A stretch of DNA of 64,000 nt, filler included, from Reticulomyxa filosa (Eukaryota; Protista; Foraminifera), in the NCBI GenBank assembly GCA_000512085.1. It is 19 parts of 19 records of this genome, joined end to end, with 100 filler letters (N's around TTAATTAATTAA, not from the genome) between each part and the next. Parts side by side here need not be neighbours in the genome. Positions count along the whole stretch, not along the records: positions 39,786 to 45,309 come from ASPP01004006.1; positions 45,410 to 46,640 come from ASPP01002004.1; positions 46,741 to 50,474 come from ASPP01006755.1; 16 more parts are not named here. One strand, 5' to 3'. Position numbers and translations under genes: made by a program. Positions 39,815-50,574 of this stretch are shown in pieces. The first letter of the stretch is position 1; each line of letters begins with the position of its first letter. A model generated the notes under the pieces. The model had not been told where the DNA came from. It saw only the letters and a program-made list of their open reading frames with translations, and searched no databases.

Positions 39815-40237
39815 AAAGTTCCTGAAAAACAGAATCAACAGTTTGAACAATTTAAAATAATATCTTCTCGTGATTTTAACCATCACAATTTACGACAATT
39901 GTCCCGCAATGCGGCAGCCCCTTCAATTCCGCATATTGGAATCTTTTTGCAAGATTTGGTGTTTATTGATGATGGACATGAAAACACCAAAGAAATGGAA
40001 AACTTGGGAGGTCGCAAAATGGTCAACTTCAGCAAGTCGCAGAGAATGGCAGATCGCAGCAAAAATATTCAAATTTATCAACAACATCTTTACACCGAGG
40101 TGCAAGAAAATGAAGTTGTTCAACGAATTCTCCTCGAAGAATTCTCAAAACTTAAATAAATTACTGAAGATCAACTTTGGGATATGTCTACAGAAGTCAA
40201 ACGCACAGACGAAAGAGACAAAGCAAGAATCTTTTAA
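39815..40237 (+). pseudogene. CDC25-type RasGEF final exon with an in-frame TAA at 40157-40159
   Basis: PSIPHIGIFLQDLVFIDDGHEN and MVNFSK, then after TAA the conserved tail ITEDQLWDMS. Confidence 0.75.
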
Positions 40238-40540
40238 TTTTTTTTTTTGTCAATTCGTGGATATACCTCAATGTGGTAGTTTTGTATGCAAAGAGTTCTT
40301 GCTATCGGTAATCACTTTAAAAAAATGGATTCTAACTTTTTTTTTAATGATTGTCAGAGTGAGTAATTTCTGTTTTCGTATTACATTTAGTGTCGTCTCT
40401 TCCTTAACAGTATTGATAGCATAAAATCTTTGTTCCATTGAATCGATATAAGCCATACCTAAATAGCTGTTGGAACACAGCCCAGTGATATCAACAATGA
40501 TGGTAAGAACTTTGACAACAATAATATTTCCAATTGCATT

Positions 40541-40680
40541 TATTTCATCAATATTATTGTACAATCTCGAAATTCAATTAGGTACTCAATAGCTTTGTCA
40601 GTATTTCCATGTTTGTATTCAAACAAGCTTTCCATGACCTCTTTGTCAAATTGTTCACAATCACAAAGTACTTTTATGTG
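40541..40680 (-). pseudogene. Isolated CUE/UBA-like fragment
   Basis: Reads EQFDKEVMESLFEYKHGNTDKAIEYL, resembling the CUE pattern F.x.D..V...L....GN...AI..L. Confidence 0.45.
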
Positions 40681-41056
40681 TCATGTCATTATGCAGCATA
40701 TATGTGACTAATTGTGAATATGAAATAATGCAAATGAAGATAGTAAATATTGTTGAATGTTTAAAGGAAATGGATCAAAATATAATTTTTTGCATAATGC
40801 AAGCCCTAAAAAAAAAATGTATTCTTCATTTAATGCAATGCCAAAGAAACAGCGAGAGAGAAAAGAGCTAAAAGATTGACATGCAGTAACTTGTCTGTCA
40901 AATGAAATCACAAGAAAAGATCCATTCCAGTTAGATTTCTACGCTACTAGTTTTACTACTTCAACATCGCTTCTACCTTTTTCTTTTTTCTGTCTGGCTA
41001 CGTAGACACGTTGAAGTGTGTTCTTCAAAGCTTTGTAAGGCCATGAACTAAAAAAA

Positions 41057-41831
41057 TGTTGGCTCCTGTCGAAATTCTTTCATGATGCGTTCTACTAGTT
41101 TTCTTGCCAGAGTGCTAGCATTCATTTTTATGTATACTGTTGCTGAGGGAAGTGTTAATGTTTATGGCCAAGGTAAGTTTGATCGTACACCTCTTCGGTT
41201 TTGACACCAAACGGGTTACACAAAGCACGATAAAAAAGAAAGCATAGCTTTAAACAGCGACAACGAATTTGCATACTTGACATCCGATGATTGTTTTATG
41301 CAAACGGTTGATGTGTATCAACGCCCAAGAGATGTTCAGTAGAGAAAAATGTTATTTTAACAAGCAATTTATTTGAATAGAAAAAAAGATAATGTTACTA
41401 AAAGAGGTCACACTATGTGGATTGAAACAAATATAAGTCGAAGTTGAATTTCAATATATCAATAGCACTATCAATTGTTTGGCAGTATATGGATTGTTGA
41501 GTTGTAATTCGTATCCTCCAAAGAACTACTTGGATTATTCGCTCGCGATCAACGCTGGCAGGAATATGTTAAGAATGACATATATACGTGTGATCTCAAT
41601 CGAAACATAAATGTATATGTGTGTGTGTGTGTGTGTATACGTGCGTTTGCAATGAATAGTGAATTTTGTTGGGACGAAGGTCATTGCAAAGTAAAGCAAG
41701 TGAGCGAAGCGCAATGGAATACCGATACATGGCATCGATTAAAATTGTCAATGTTGGAAGATGGATCGATTCGAGGATTCATACAACAACACAGTCCTCA
41801 AGTAGCTGCTCCACTTTACACCGATCAATGA
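41057..41831 (+). CDS. Possible secreted beta-sandwich protein, fragmentary and intron-containing
   Basis: Signal-like start (…LARVLAFILCILLL) and exon pieces ending WNTDTWHRLKLSMLEDGSIRGFI; structure unresolved. Confidence 0.3.
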
Positions 41832-42140
41832 CGAATTAGTTACACACTGACCTCCTCCACGGCCTATTACACCACTATGGCCAATTTGGTATGGAACACC
41901 ACTCGAGGATACAGCATCAGTAGCAGTTATAGCACTTCGTAATTGGACGTCGCTGCCGTTACGCTGAAGAATTACTTGACAAGCAGCAGTTACATCATCT
42001 CCCTTAGCCGCTTTATTAGTCCGTACATTGTTGCCGGAAGCTTGCCTGTTACCATTCAACCGATCAGTACCGCCATTAACAGTGGGCAAACTTACACGTC
42101 CGACTCTCTAACAGTTTGAGTAATAACAGCAGCGAATTAG
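41800..42140 (+). other. Compositionally distinct coding-like patch with in-frame stops
   Basis: 141/300 GC by hand count over 41821-42120, no homopolymer runs, many C-ending codons, S/T/Y-rich translation. Confidence 0.55.
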
Positions 42141-43009
42141 ACAAATAGGTGTGGCCAGTTGACATTTTAATTTGGAATGTTGATCAGTTTTTGCTATTGC
42201 AATTTGTGTAGCTCATTGGCGTTTGAAGAAAAAAAGAGGGAAAAACAACCAAACTATGTTAAAAATGGTCGACTTTGTTCAAACATAAACAAGAAAAACT
42301 CGAACAACAATGATATTAAGTTTGTTGTTTTTGTGAGATTTTTTTCTCTTAGTTTTTTTTGTTGGACGCTTTGTAACAGTTGTTATTGAAATATATCAAG
42401 TCTTTGACTATTATTCAAAGCCTTTTTTTTTCTCTTCGTCTTGATATTAGCAAAATATCTAGAAAACTACTTTCTTTTATCAATAAAAAAAATAATGAAA
42501 TTTTCTTTAAAAATGATTTTGGAAGCAAAAAAGAGCAATTGCATACGTTATTTACAAGCCGAATTACGCCCATCTAACCCCCGTTTTAGATCGAAGCCAT
42601 CAGATTAAAATAACATATCAAATGTTCTTTTTACTACGTTGAGGTAGTATAAAATACTACTATTCCCTTGTTCCTTACATTATATAAATTTTCATGCATA
42701 CACTTTTTTTTTTTAAAGGAAAAATTCTAGAATAATTGCCGAGAAACACAACAAAACGTTTGATACAAATCATACATCAAACTGAATTTTGTGTGATCAT
42801 TCATACGAGTTTCGTGCTGCAAAAGGAAAAATTTCGAAATGCTTTGTTTGAATTGAGAAAAACTCATAAAAATTTGAATTTTTATTTTAAAATTTTGTGC
42901 CTGGTACATGGAAAAAAGTTGACGAAATTTCAGATCTGATCGGTGACTCAAAGTTTAAAAAAAAAATTAAAACGAAAAGTTCAAAACACTGATGCAAAAA
43001 TTCCGTGAG

Positions 43010-43975
43010 GATCACCCACTTGGTCCGCTGACATTTCCGTCAGAACAATCAAAATTGCTCATATTGGGCATTACTCCTGGAATGCCACTAGCTTCTTCAA
43101 TTATCAAATCTTCTAATTCGGCATTTGGATTTGCATCAACTCATTCAGTCGGTTTCTTTGATTGATCTTTGAATTTAAGATCATCTAAAGTTTATCATTT
43201 GATAAGTAAATCATTTTTTGCATGAATTCTTTTTGCAACATTTGTTCATTGACTTTGTATTTTTCAGTCTCTTCCACGTTGAGTTCTTAATCTTATCATT
43301 ACTATTTTATTTTGGGAAATACCTAATTTAAATTCATCAGCAAAAAATGCTACTAATGTGTTATCAAAATCTTCATCTCCTAAATTAGTTTCACCAAGCT
43401 GTTGCTTTTACTTCAAATACTCCATTATCAATAGACAACAAAGACAATCAAATGTATCACCACCCAAATCAAAGATCAATACATTTCATTCTTTTGCGTC
43501 TCCACTTCTCTTTTTGTCCCAATCCGTATGCTATTGCTGCTGTTTATTAATGATACGCAACACTTTTAATCCTGCATCTTTTGTTGCTTGTCTTTGACCA
43601 TCATTAAAGTATGCTGGAACTGTTACGACTGCGTCACTTACTGGACAACGATTCAGAAATTCTTTTCATGTATTGTAACATGATTGACGAAATTTCTTTT
43701 GCGGAAAATCAATATTTCAATTGCTGGTTGGCTTGTGTTCTTTTACTACTTTCAATGGCCCACAATTTTATATCAGCTTGAACTACTGAATCATTAAATC
43801 TATTTTTATTATATATATAAAAAAAGTAAATAAAGAGGATTAAAAAAAAGTGTAAAAAAAAATTTCTAACTTTCTTCCGATTAACCGTTTTGCATCAAAT
43901 ACTGTGTTTTCTGAATTTCTTGCAGCTTGGTTCTTTGCTGTCTCCATTAATGTCATTGGCGAATAGCCTGAATTT
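43010..43975 (-). pseudogene. HSP70: HSP70 pseudogene (intron retained, internal deletions)
   Basis: [59 protein letters not shown]; it then jumps to a C-terminal-like GIPGVMPN...SGP. Confidence 0.92.
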
Positions 43976-44084
43976 CTCTATTTTTTTTGTTTTTTTTTTA
44001 AAGATAAAAAAAAATGATTACATCTTTTTTTTTTCACACAAACATACCCTTTTGTGGCTTCCTTTCGCAATTGATATTTTAAAT

Positions 44085-44280
44085 CTAATAAAATTTAATT
44101 TGAACACAACTTCTAGGCATTGGAATCGTTCAGTACCAACAGTAATGACTTGGTCATCAGGAAAGTCGTAGTTTTGTTCCAGTTCGCTGGAGGTATCAGC
44201 TTTCTTCAATTTATCATTATAGCCCAAAGCAACATGGGACAATTGTTCATTAATGTCCCGCAAATTTCTTATCGGCGATT
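44085..44280 (-). pseudogene. ACT: Actin gene fragment
   Basis: RDINEQLSHVALGY...SSELEQNYDFPDDQVITVGTERFQCLEVVF matches actin RDIKEKLCYVALDF...[26 protein letters not shown]. Confidence 0.9.
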
Positions 44281-44759
44281 GTTGTGAAGGATATATTCTT
44301 TTCATTCATTTTTTTCCAATTGTCTAGTATTGTGCTCGATTACGTGGATCACATACTTGCCAAGCAATCTTTTTTGATGGTTGGATCAATTATTAAGTTA
44401 TGATTCTTCGTTCCATTCTGTCTTTGTCTCTTCTGTCGTTGAGACGACTCCACTAATGTCGTCATTCGACTATTTACTTCCATGATTTGCTTCTAACACT
44501 CTTTCTCTATTATTTTCTTTGAACAAAGGCTACTGACTCTTTATTCTTTGTTGTTAAAAAAGAAGCATTAAAAAAACGAACATAAAAAAACTTGAACAAC
44601 ATCCCCCCCATCCAAGACTTTTGGAAATTTTTTTTTTAGAAAAAAGTGCTTTTTTTATAAAAATCGGTTCAAAAATGACCCACAAACCACTAAAAATGAC
44701 CCAGTTCTGGAAAATTCAAGCACGTCTCGTACTCATGTTTGCCAGTTTTTAGAAAAACC

Positions 44760-45200
44760 TTGACACGATGACGTATTCCAGCGAATGACTGAGGGCGAGA
44801 ATGCGAAGAAAGCGCAACAGAGGAAGCAAAGAGTTTGAAGGAGCGTGAAGAGCAACTGAAGCGCGACAAGGCAACCTTGGAGAAGGGACGTCTGAAGCGC
44901 GAGAAGCAGTCTAAAAGCGATGAGGATGATGAGAATGTCGCACAACAAGGAGAGGAGGGACTCCCTGTCGAAAAGGACAAAGAGGCTATTCGTAAGCAAT
45001 TTTCTTCTTCCAGTGGAAGAGGAGGAAGAGGGAGTGGAGGAAATAGTCGTCCTCAATGAGTCGTCATTCATGGAGATGTCCGATATGCACATTAATGAAC
45101 GACCATGTTGTATCAAGTTGTGCCCGATCGATGATGTTGCCATCATCAAATGGACGAAAAGTGGCGTTGAGATCCTTATGTGAAGACGACAACCGCAGCA
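44760..45200 (+). pseudogene. Frameshifted gene end: coiled coil, RGG-like tract and degenerate RanBP2-type zinc finger
   Basis: EREEQLKRDK..., GRGGRGSGG, then WRCPICTLMN.....SCARS (fourth Cys lost) in another frame. Confidence 0.55.
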
Positions 45201-45409
45201 ACGGAGATGTGCGAGTGGCGAGCAGGCACATGATAAACTACAACAAAGAATTCTCAACTCTTGAGTTTTTTTATAATTTATATAATTTATGATGTATACA
45301 TTTGTTTTTNNNNNNNNNNNNNNNNNNNNNNNNNNNNNNNNNNNNNNNNNNNNTTAATTAATTAANNNNNNNNNNNNNNNNNNNNNNNNNNNNNNNNNNN
45401 NNNNNNNNN

Positions 45410-45915
45410 GTCAGTGTGTCCATTGAATATTTGTAATTGTTTATTATGTTTGAAATCCCAAAAACGAATAGTTTTGTCTTGTGACGAAGAACAAATAACA
45501 TTTTGACGATGGTTATGATAATGATATGATGAAAATTTTACACAACACACATCAGATGAATGTTCATTGAATGATTGAATTTGTTTGTTGCTATCAACAT
45601 CCCATACACGAACTGTTTTATCAGTTGACCCAGAGCAAATCAATTGACAATCATCAAATGTTGCGTAATCAATACTGTACATGCAACCAGCATGTTCAGC
45701 GAATGTATTGAGTAATTTGGATGATGAACGAAATGTGTCAAACATAAAGAAAGTGGATGCCTATGTTAAAAAAATATATATTTTGATTGATTAAATGAAA
45801 AAGAAACAAATGAACTAACATAATTGACAACCATGTTGTCAAAATCTTTGATCCATCCTAATTTAATGTTTAATGTTCGAATCCAGTGATAAATAATTAT
45901 TTGGATCTCTTCTTC
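45410..45915 (-). CDS. WD40-repeat protein of the expanded family, 5' part
   Basis: Exon EEEIQIIIYHWIRTLNIKLGWIKDFDNMVVNY, an intron, then MFDTFRSSSKLLNTF...ICSGSTDKTVRVWD...DKTIRFWD; cut by the spacer. Confidence 0.88.
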
Positions 45916-47846
45916 TGACTGTTTCAATCATAGATTACAACAATAAGTAAAATAAAAAATAAAAACTTAAAGGCAAGCTGGACCCAACTTTGATTGATAA
46001 GTTTAAGTTCATTCTCGTAACTCTTTTAGTTTTCTCTTGAGATAATCTTTGATGATGCTAGACGAAAAAAATGCTTGAACTTTTGTTGATAAAGGGAAAA
46101 ACTGAACTAAGACTTACAAAGAAACATTTCGAAATGGAAAATAAAGGTTACATTTTGTGCACCACAATAATAGGTAACAACAATTCTACAATGCAAAAAT
46201 TTTTATAGAAGGGCAATATAATTTTACTTTCTGTGAATTTTTTATTGCAATCAATTGTTCAAAAACAGAATAAATAGTAAGATAAGTATTCATATTTATG
46301 ATTATTCATTTAATGTAATAATTTTCATATCTGATTGAAAATAGCTGTTAGATATTACACATTTGCCTTCCTTGTGATCAAAGTAATTAATTAATTTTAT
46401 TGGATATTTCAAATATTTGGGACCTTTGTCATGAAATTACTCAACAATGAAAAATCAGCAATTGATGTCCTTGAGTAGTTGATCAAATGATCTTTGTTTA
46501 TATTTTCTCTTCTCGTTGTTGTTTAATGAAAAATCAGATTATTTTCACCGCGACAAATATCAACAATAAATATTTGGAAAATCTTTGAAAGATTCCATTT
46601 ATGGCAATTAAATGTTGTGCGTATTTTGCCAATTGATAAANNNNNNNNNNNNNNNNNNNNNNNNNNNNNNNNNNNNNNNNNNNNTTAATTAATTAANNNN
46701 NNNNNNNNNNNNNNNNNNNNNNNNNNNNNNNNNNNNNNNNAATCATCTCTATAAGGTGCCATTTTAGGTGTCAACTTTACTTTGAATTCTACTGTAATAG
46801 CCAAAATGTGTATTTGTGTGTAGGGCAAATCCATATTATACAATCTCAAATACTAATGTAACGGTGGTACTCCCACCCCCGTGAGTTAAAACCCTCTTCA
46901 CAACACGACTCATTTTTTTGTTTTCTTTACTTGTTTTCCTTTCTGTGTTGAAATTATTTTTTTAATTTAATTTCCTTTTACTGAAGTTGCTTTTTGGAAC
47001 CAAGTTCCTTTTGTATTACATTTAGTCGTCTAACTATTCCTACATGTGATATTTTTATTATTTTATGATAATATATTTTACTTTGTTGTCACTAACAGCG
47101 CTTGAACAGTAATAGTTATGTGAAAAAAAGGCAATTAACCATACACAATGTCTTTTGCAATTACAATATTCTTAACACCATAATTTACTCTATTGTATGT
47201 CAAGTCACTACAATAAATATCTGAACTCTGAAGGATTTGAGGAGCCCCAGTGTGTTAAACTTCTCCACTTTTTGTTTTTGATGATAATTTTTGTTGTTTG
47301 TCTTGACGCAAGATCTTCTTGCTTTAAAAAGTTACATTTTACGATTATGGTACGACACAACTGTCAAAAATCAAATGAAAGGTTTAAAATTTTGATAATC
47401 AATAAAGATTTCAATATTCAAAACCTCATTGTTTGTAAATGTTTTTAAAAATTGTTAATTAAATGCTGCTTCTTCACTGAGAAAATACAAGATGCCTTTT
47501 TAGGTGTCAACTTTCTTTTGCATTCTAACTATATTTCTAAAGGTTGGTATAAATGAAGTGAAAACTGAACTTCGTAAAAAAATAGCGCTTAGCATTATAA
47601 CAACAAACATCTCGTTTGTGTTATTACAGCTGCATTTATTTTCAGCTTACAAAAATGTTTTAATCATTCAGCACTATGGGAATAAGTCATATTAGATTTC
47701 CCAAGGCAAAAAAAAAAAAGAAGGTGACAGGGAGACAAACCGTAAATTTCCCTTACCAATAAAAGTTAGAGGGAAAAGGAGACAAGAACAAAGACGACGT
47801 GAGAGGATATGTTTATAAAAATGAAAACTCAAAACAAGAATAGCTT

Positions 47847-49384
47847 TTACTTTCTCGTTTGAATTAAGGCTCCCAATCTTCGCAAAATTCTGGCGCTAAC
47901 AAAAGCAGTGACAAAATTAACATCATTTCTGGGATTATATTCGACAACGTCACAGCCGATGATACACTCTTGCGCCAGCTTTTTGTCATAAAAGAGAATA
48001 TCTAAGGCAGAAAACAGTTCTCGGGAGGTCAATCCACCGGGCTCGATATGCGAGACGCCAGGCGCATAAGCAGGGTCTAATACATCTACATCAATGCTAA
48101 CGTAGAATTTGGTAATTTTTTCGTCTTTGCATTTCTGAAGAAATTCTCCACATTTCTTGGATATCACTTGTAATGCGTCATTTCCAAACAATTCGGGCAT
48201 TTCAATGACACTTAATTTTTTGTTGAACTTTTCCTTAATTTCCCTTTGCTCAGGTGTCAAATCTCGCAAGCCGATTTGGATTATTCGGTCGATTGCCTTT
48301 TCTTCTAACAAATGATAAAACGGACTTGCGTGCGAATATGGATTTTCCATAAATCCAGGATACCTTTTATTGTTATAATAATAAAAGTTATTTTTGTTAT
48401 TATTTATTATTATTATTATTATTATTATACTTTGAAATATTACACCCAACAAAGGAGTACACATCACAACATATATATAAATAAAAAAAAAAAAAAAAAA
48501 AAGGTGCAAAGCGATCCGCGAAATCGCAACATTTCAAGATAAATTGTAAAACTCTTCTCTTTTCCTCTTTATCTGTTTGCAAGCGTGTAAGATAAGAAAA
48601 CAAAAAAACACAAAGTGCAAACAAACATGTCCGGGTGAGCGTCGAAATGAATGACAGCCACTTTTTCGTGCTGCAATTGCTTGACACGTTTGAGTCCTTG
48701 GATGATCGGAAACGTGATGGAATGGTCCCCTCCCAAACTCATCACCGGCTTTATCTTCTTCAAAGAGTTGCCGTTCATTTCCAAGTTGATGCTCATCAGC
48801 TCTTGCGACAATGCGCTGATATTCTCTCTAGTGCAAGCGTCTTTTGTATATACATTTTTTTTGGTTTGTTTGCTTTTCAAAGTATACAATTATATATACA
48901 TATATATATATATATATGTATATTTTTTTTTTTTTTTTGTATATATGTTTATGTATACGTATTTATATATGTATGTATACATATGTAAGATTATAGCATA
49001 TTGAATATAAATATACTCATACATACCTTCATGTAAATCACCGCAATCGACAAATAACTTTTCCACGGTAATGTATTCTTGGTTTGGTGTGTACTCATAG
49101 TATTCACCAGAGGGACTTAAGAATGCTTGACGAATAAGAGGAGGAGCTTCTTTGGGTCCCGCCATAAACGAACCGTTCTTGTCAAGTTGGTAGCCGATTA
49201 ATGGAATTCGTTGTTCAAACAACTGCTTGCTTGAAGGTGAAGACACATCTTGCAACAAAGATTGGGCATTCTTATACGTTATCGTTTCCTTGGAGGGTAG
49301 GCTTTTACATGTGTTTATGTGCAACAATGAGTTTACTGATCGCTGAAAGTACTCTTTCATCGTTTGTACTTGTTTGGATTTCAT
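47847..49384 (-). CDS. Ureohydrolase (plant-arginase/agmatinase-like), 3 exons
   Basis: Exons 49384-49027, 48840-48627 and 48363-47847 splice in frame. Motifs SF.AGP..AP..IR, GGDHSI, HFDAHPD, YSHASPF, SIDVDVLDPAYAPGVSHIEPGG, DVVEYNP. Confidence 0.93.
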
Positions 49385-49689
49385 ATTTGGATTTCTTTGA
49401 CTTTTCTCCCTATTACGAAAGCTCACCCTTATTTAAAAAGGAAACTTTCCACGCTCTACAACTTCGTTAGTTTCAAGTGTATTTACGTTGTGGAGATTAT
49501 AAGATAAATATAAAACTAGCTCTGCAACTGTTGGTGAAACTTTATTTTTTTTCTTTTCATGATCCTTTTGTAATTTTATTAATTGCATCCCAGCTTTCTT
49601 TTGAACTGGCAGAGATTTAACAAAAAAAATTTTCCCCTACGATCATTCTTTTTTGCCACAAGAAAATAGTTTGATTTTAAGATCAAACG

Positions 49690-50433
49690 ATGTGCCGCTT
49701 TGTCGTTTATGTCTCTCAAGAAAAGCCTATCCTCCTAGCAGATTTGCTGACTAGGTTAAAAACGACGTATATGTTTGACTTGCGGGAAGGTTGAAAACGA
49801 TTGACTGTTGGATACAAATCAGACCCCCACATTCAATAGTCAAGCAAAGCTTTGCATCAAAAGAAAGAGGAGCGGGTGAAGTGATGCCAGGTTCGTTAAA
49901 TGCAGATGGTTTTGGCGTGGGTTGGTATGCAGTCAATGGAAAGCCAGAGGAAGGTCCTTGTCTGTTTACATCGACATTGCCGGCATGGAACAATAAGTTT
50001 GAACTTTAATTTTTTTTTTTAAAAAAAAAAAAAAATTGATATTACCCCCTTCCAAAAAAAAAAAAAAAAAAAAAAAAGAAATTTACATCGATTGAGTGAT
50101 AAAATTTTATCTCCATTGGTGTTCGCTCACGTGAGAGCAGCATCTCCGGGCTCAGTAGTGACAGAAGCAAACTGTCATCCATTTATATATGGCAAATTTT
50201 TGTGGATGCACAATGGTGGGATTGGTGCATTTGGCAAGCTTAAGAAAGAGATAATGATGCAATTGCGATCCAACCTGGTCAGCAAAATTTGCGGCAGTAC
50301 TGACAGTGAGCACGCCTTTATGTTGTTTTTAAACCACTTGCCGGAAGAGGCCATCCATCGAAACCAATTCGAAGACGCTGAAACGCTTTTACACGCATTT
50401 CAAGCCACTATTAACAAACTCATTCATTTGCAG
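49690..50433 (+). CDS. Class II (Ntn) glutamine amidotransferase, DUG3/EgtC/YafJ-like, partial
   Basis: Exons 49690-49754, 49823-49996 and 50079-50433. M-C-R start (Cys2 nucleophile), LNADGFGVGWY, PAWNN, FAHVRAAS, NCHPF, WMHNGGI, GSTDSEHAF. Confidence 0.92.
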
Positions 50434-50574
50434 GTATAAAAGAAGGAGAGGATCTTTTTTTTTTTTTTTTTTTTNNNNNNNNNNNNNNNNNNNNNNNNNN
50501 NNNNNNNNNNNNNNNNNNTTAATTAATTAANNNNNNNNNNNNNNNNNNNNNNNNNNNNNNNNNNNNNNNNNNNN

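Noticed and set aside
41748-42089. 113-aa minus-strand ORF as a real gene
   Set aside because: It is in register with the plus-strand S/T/Y-rich frame, has the G/V/N/A composition of a shadow ORF, and starts at TTG.
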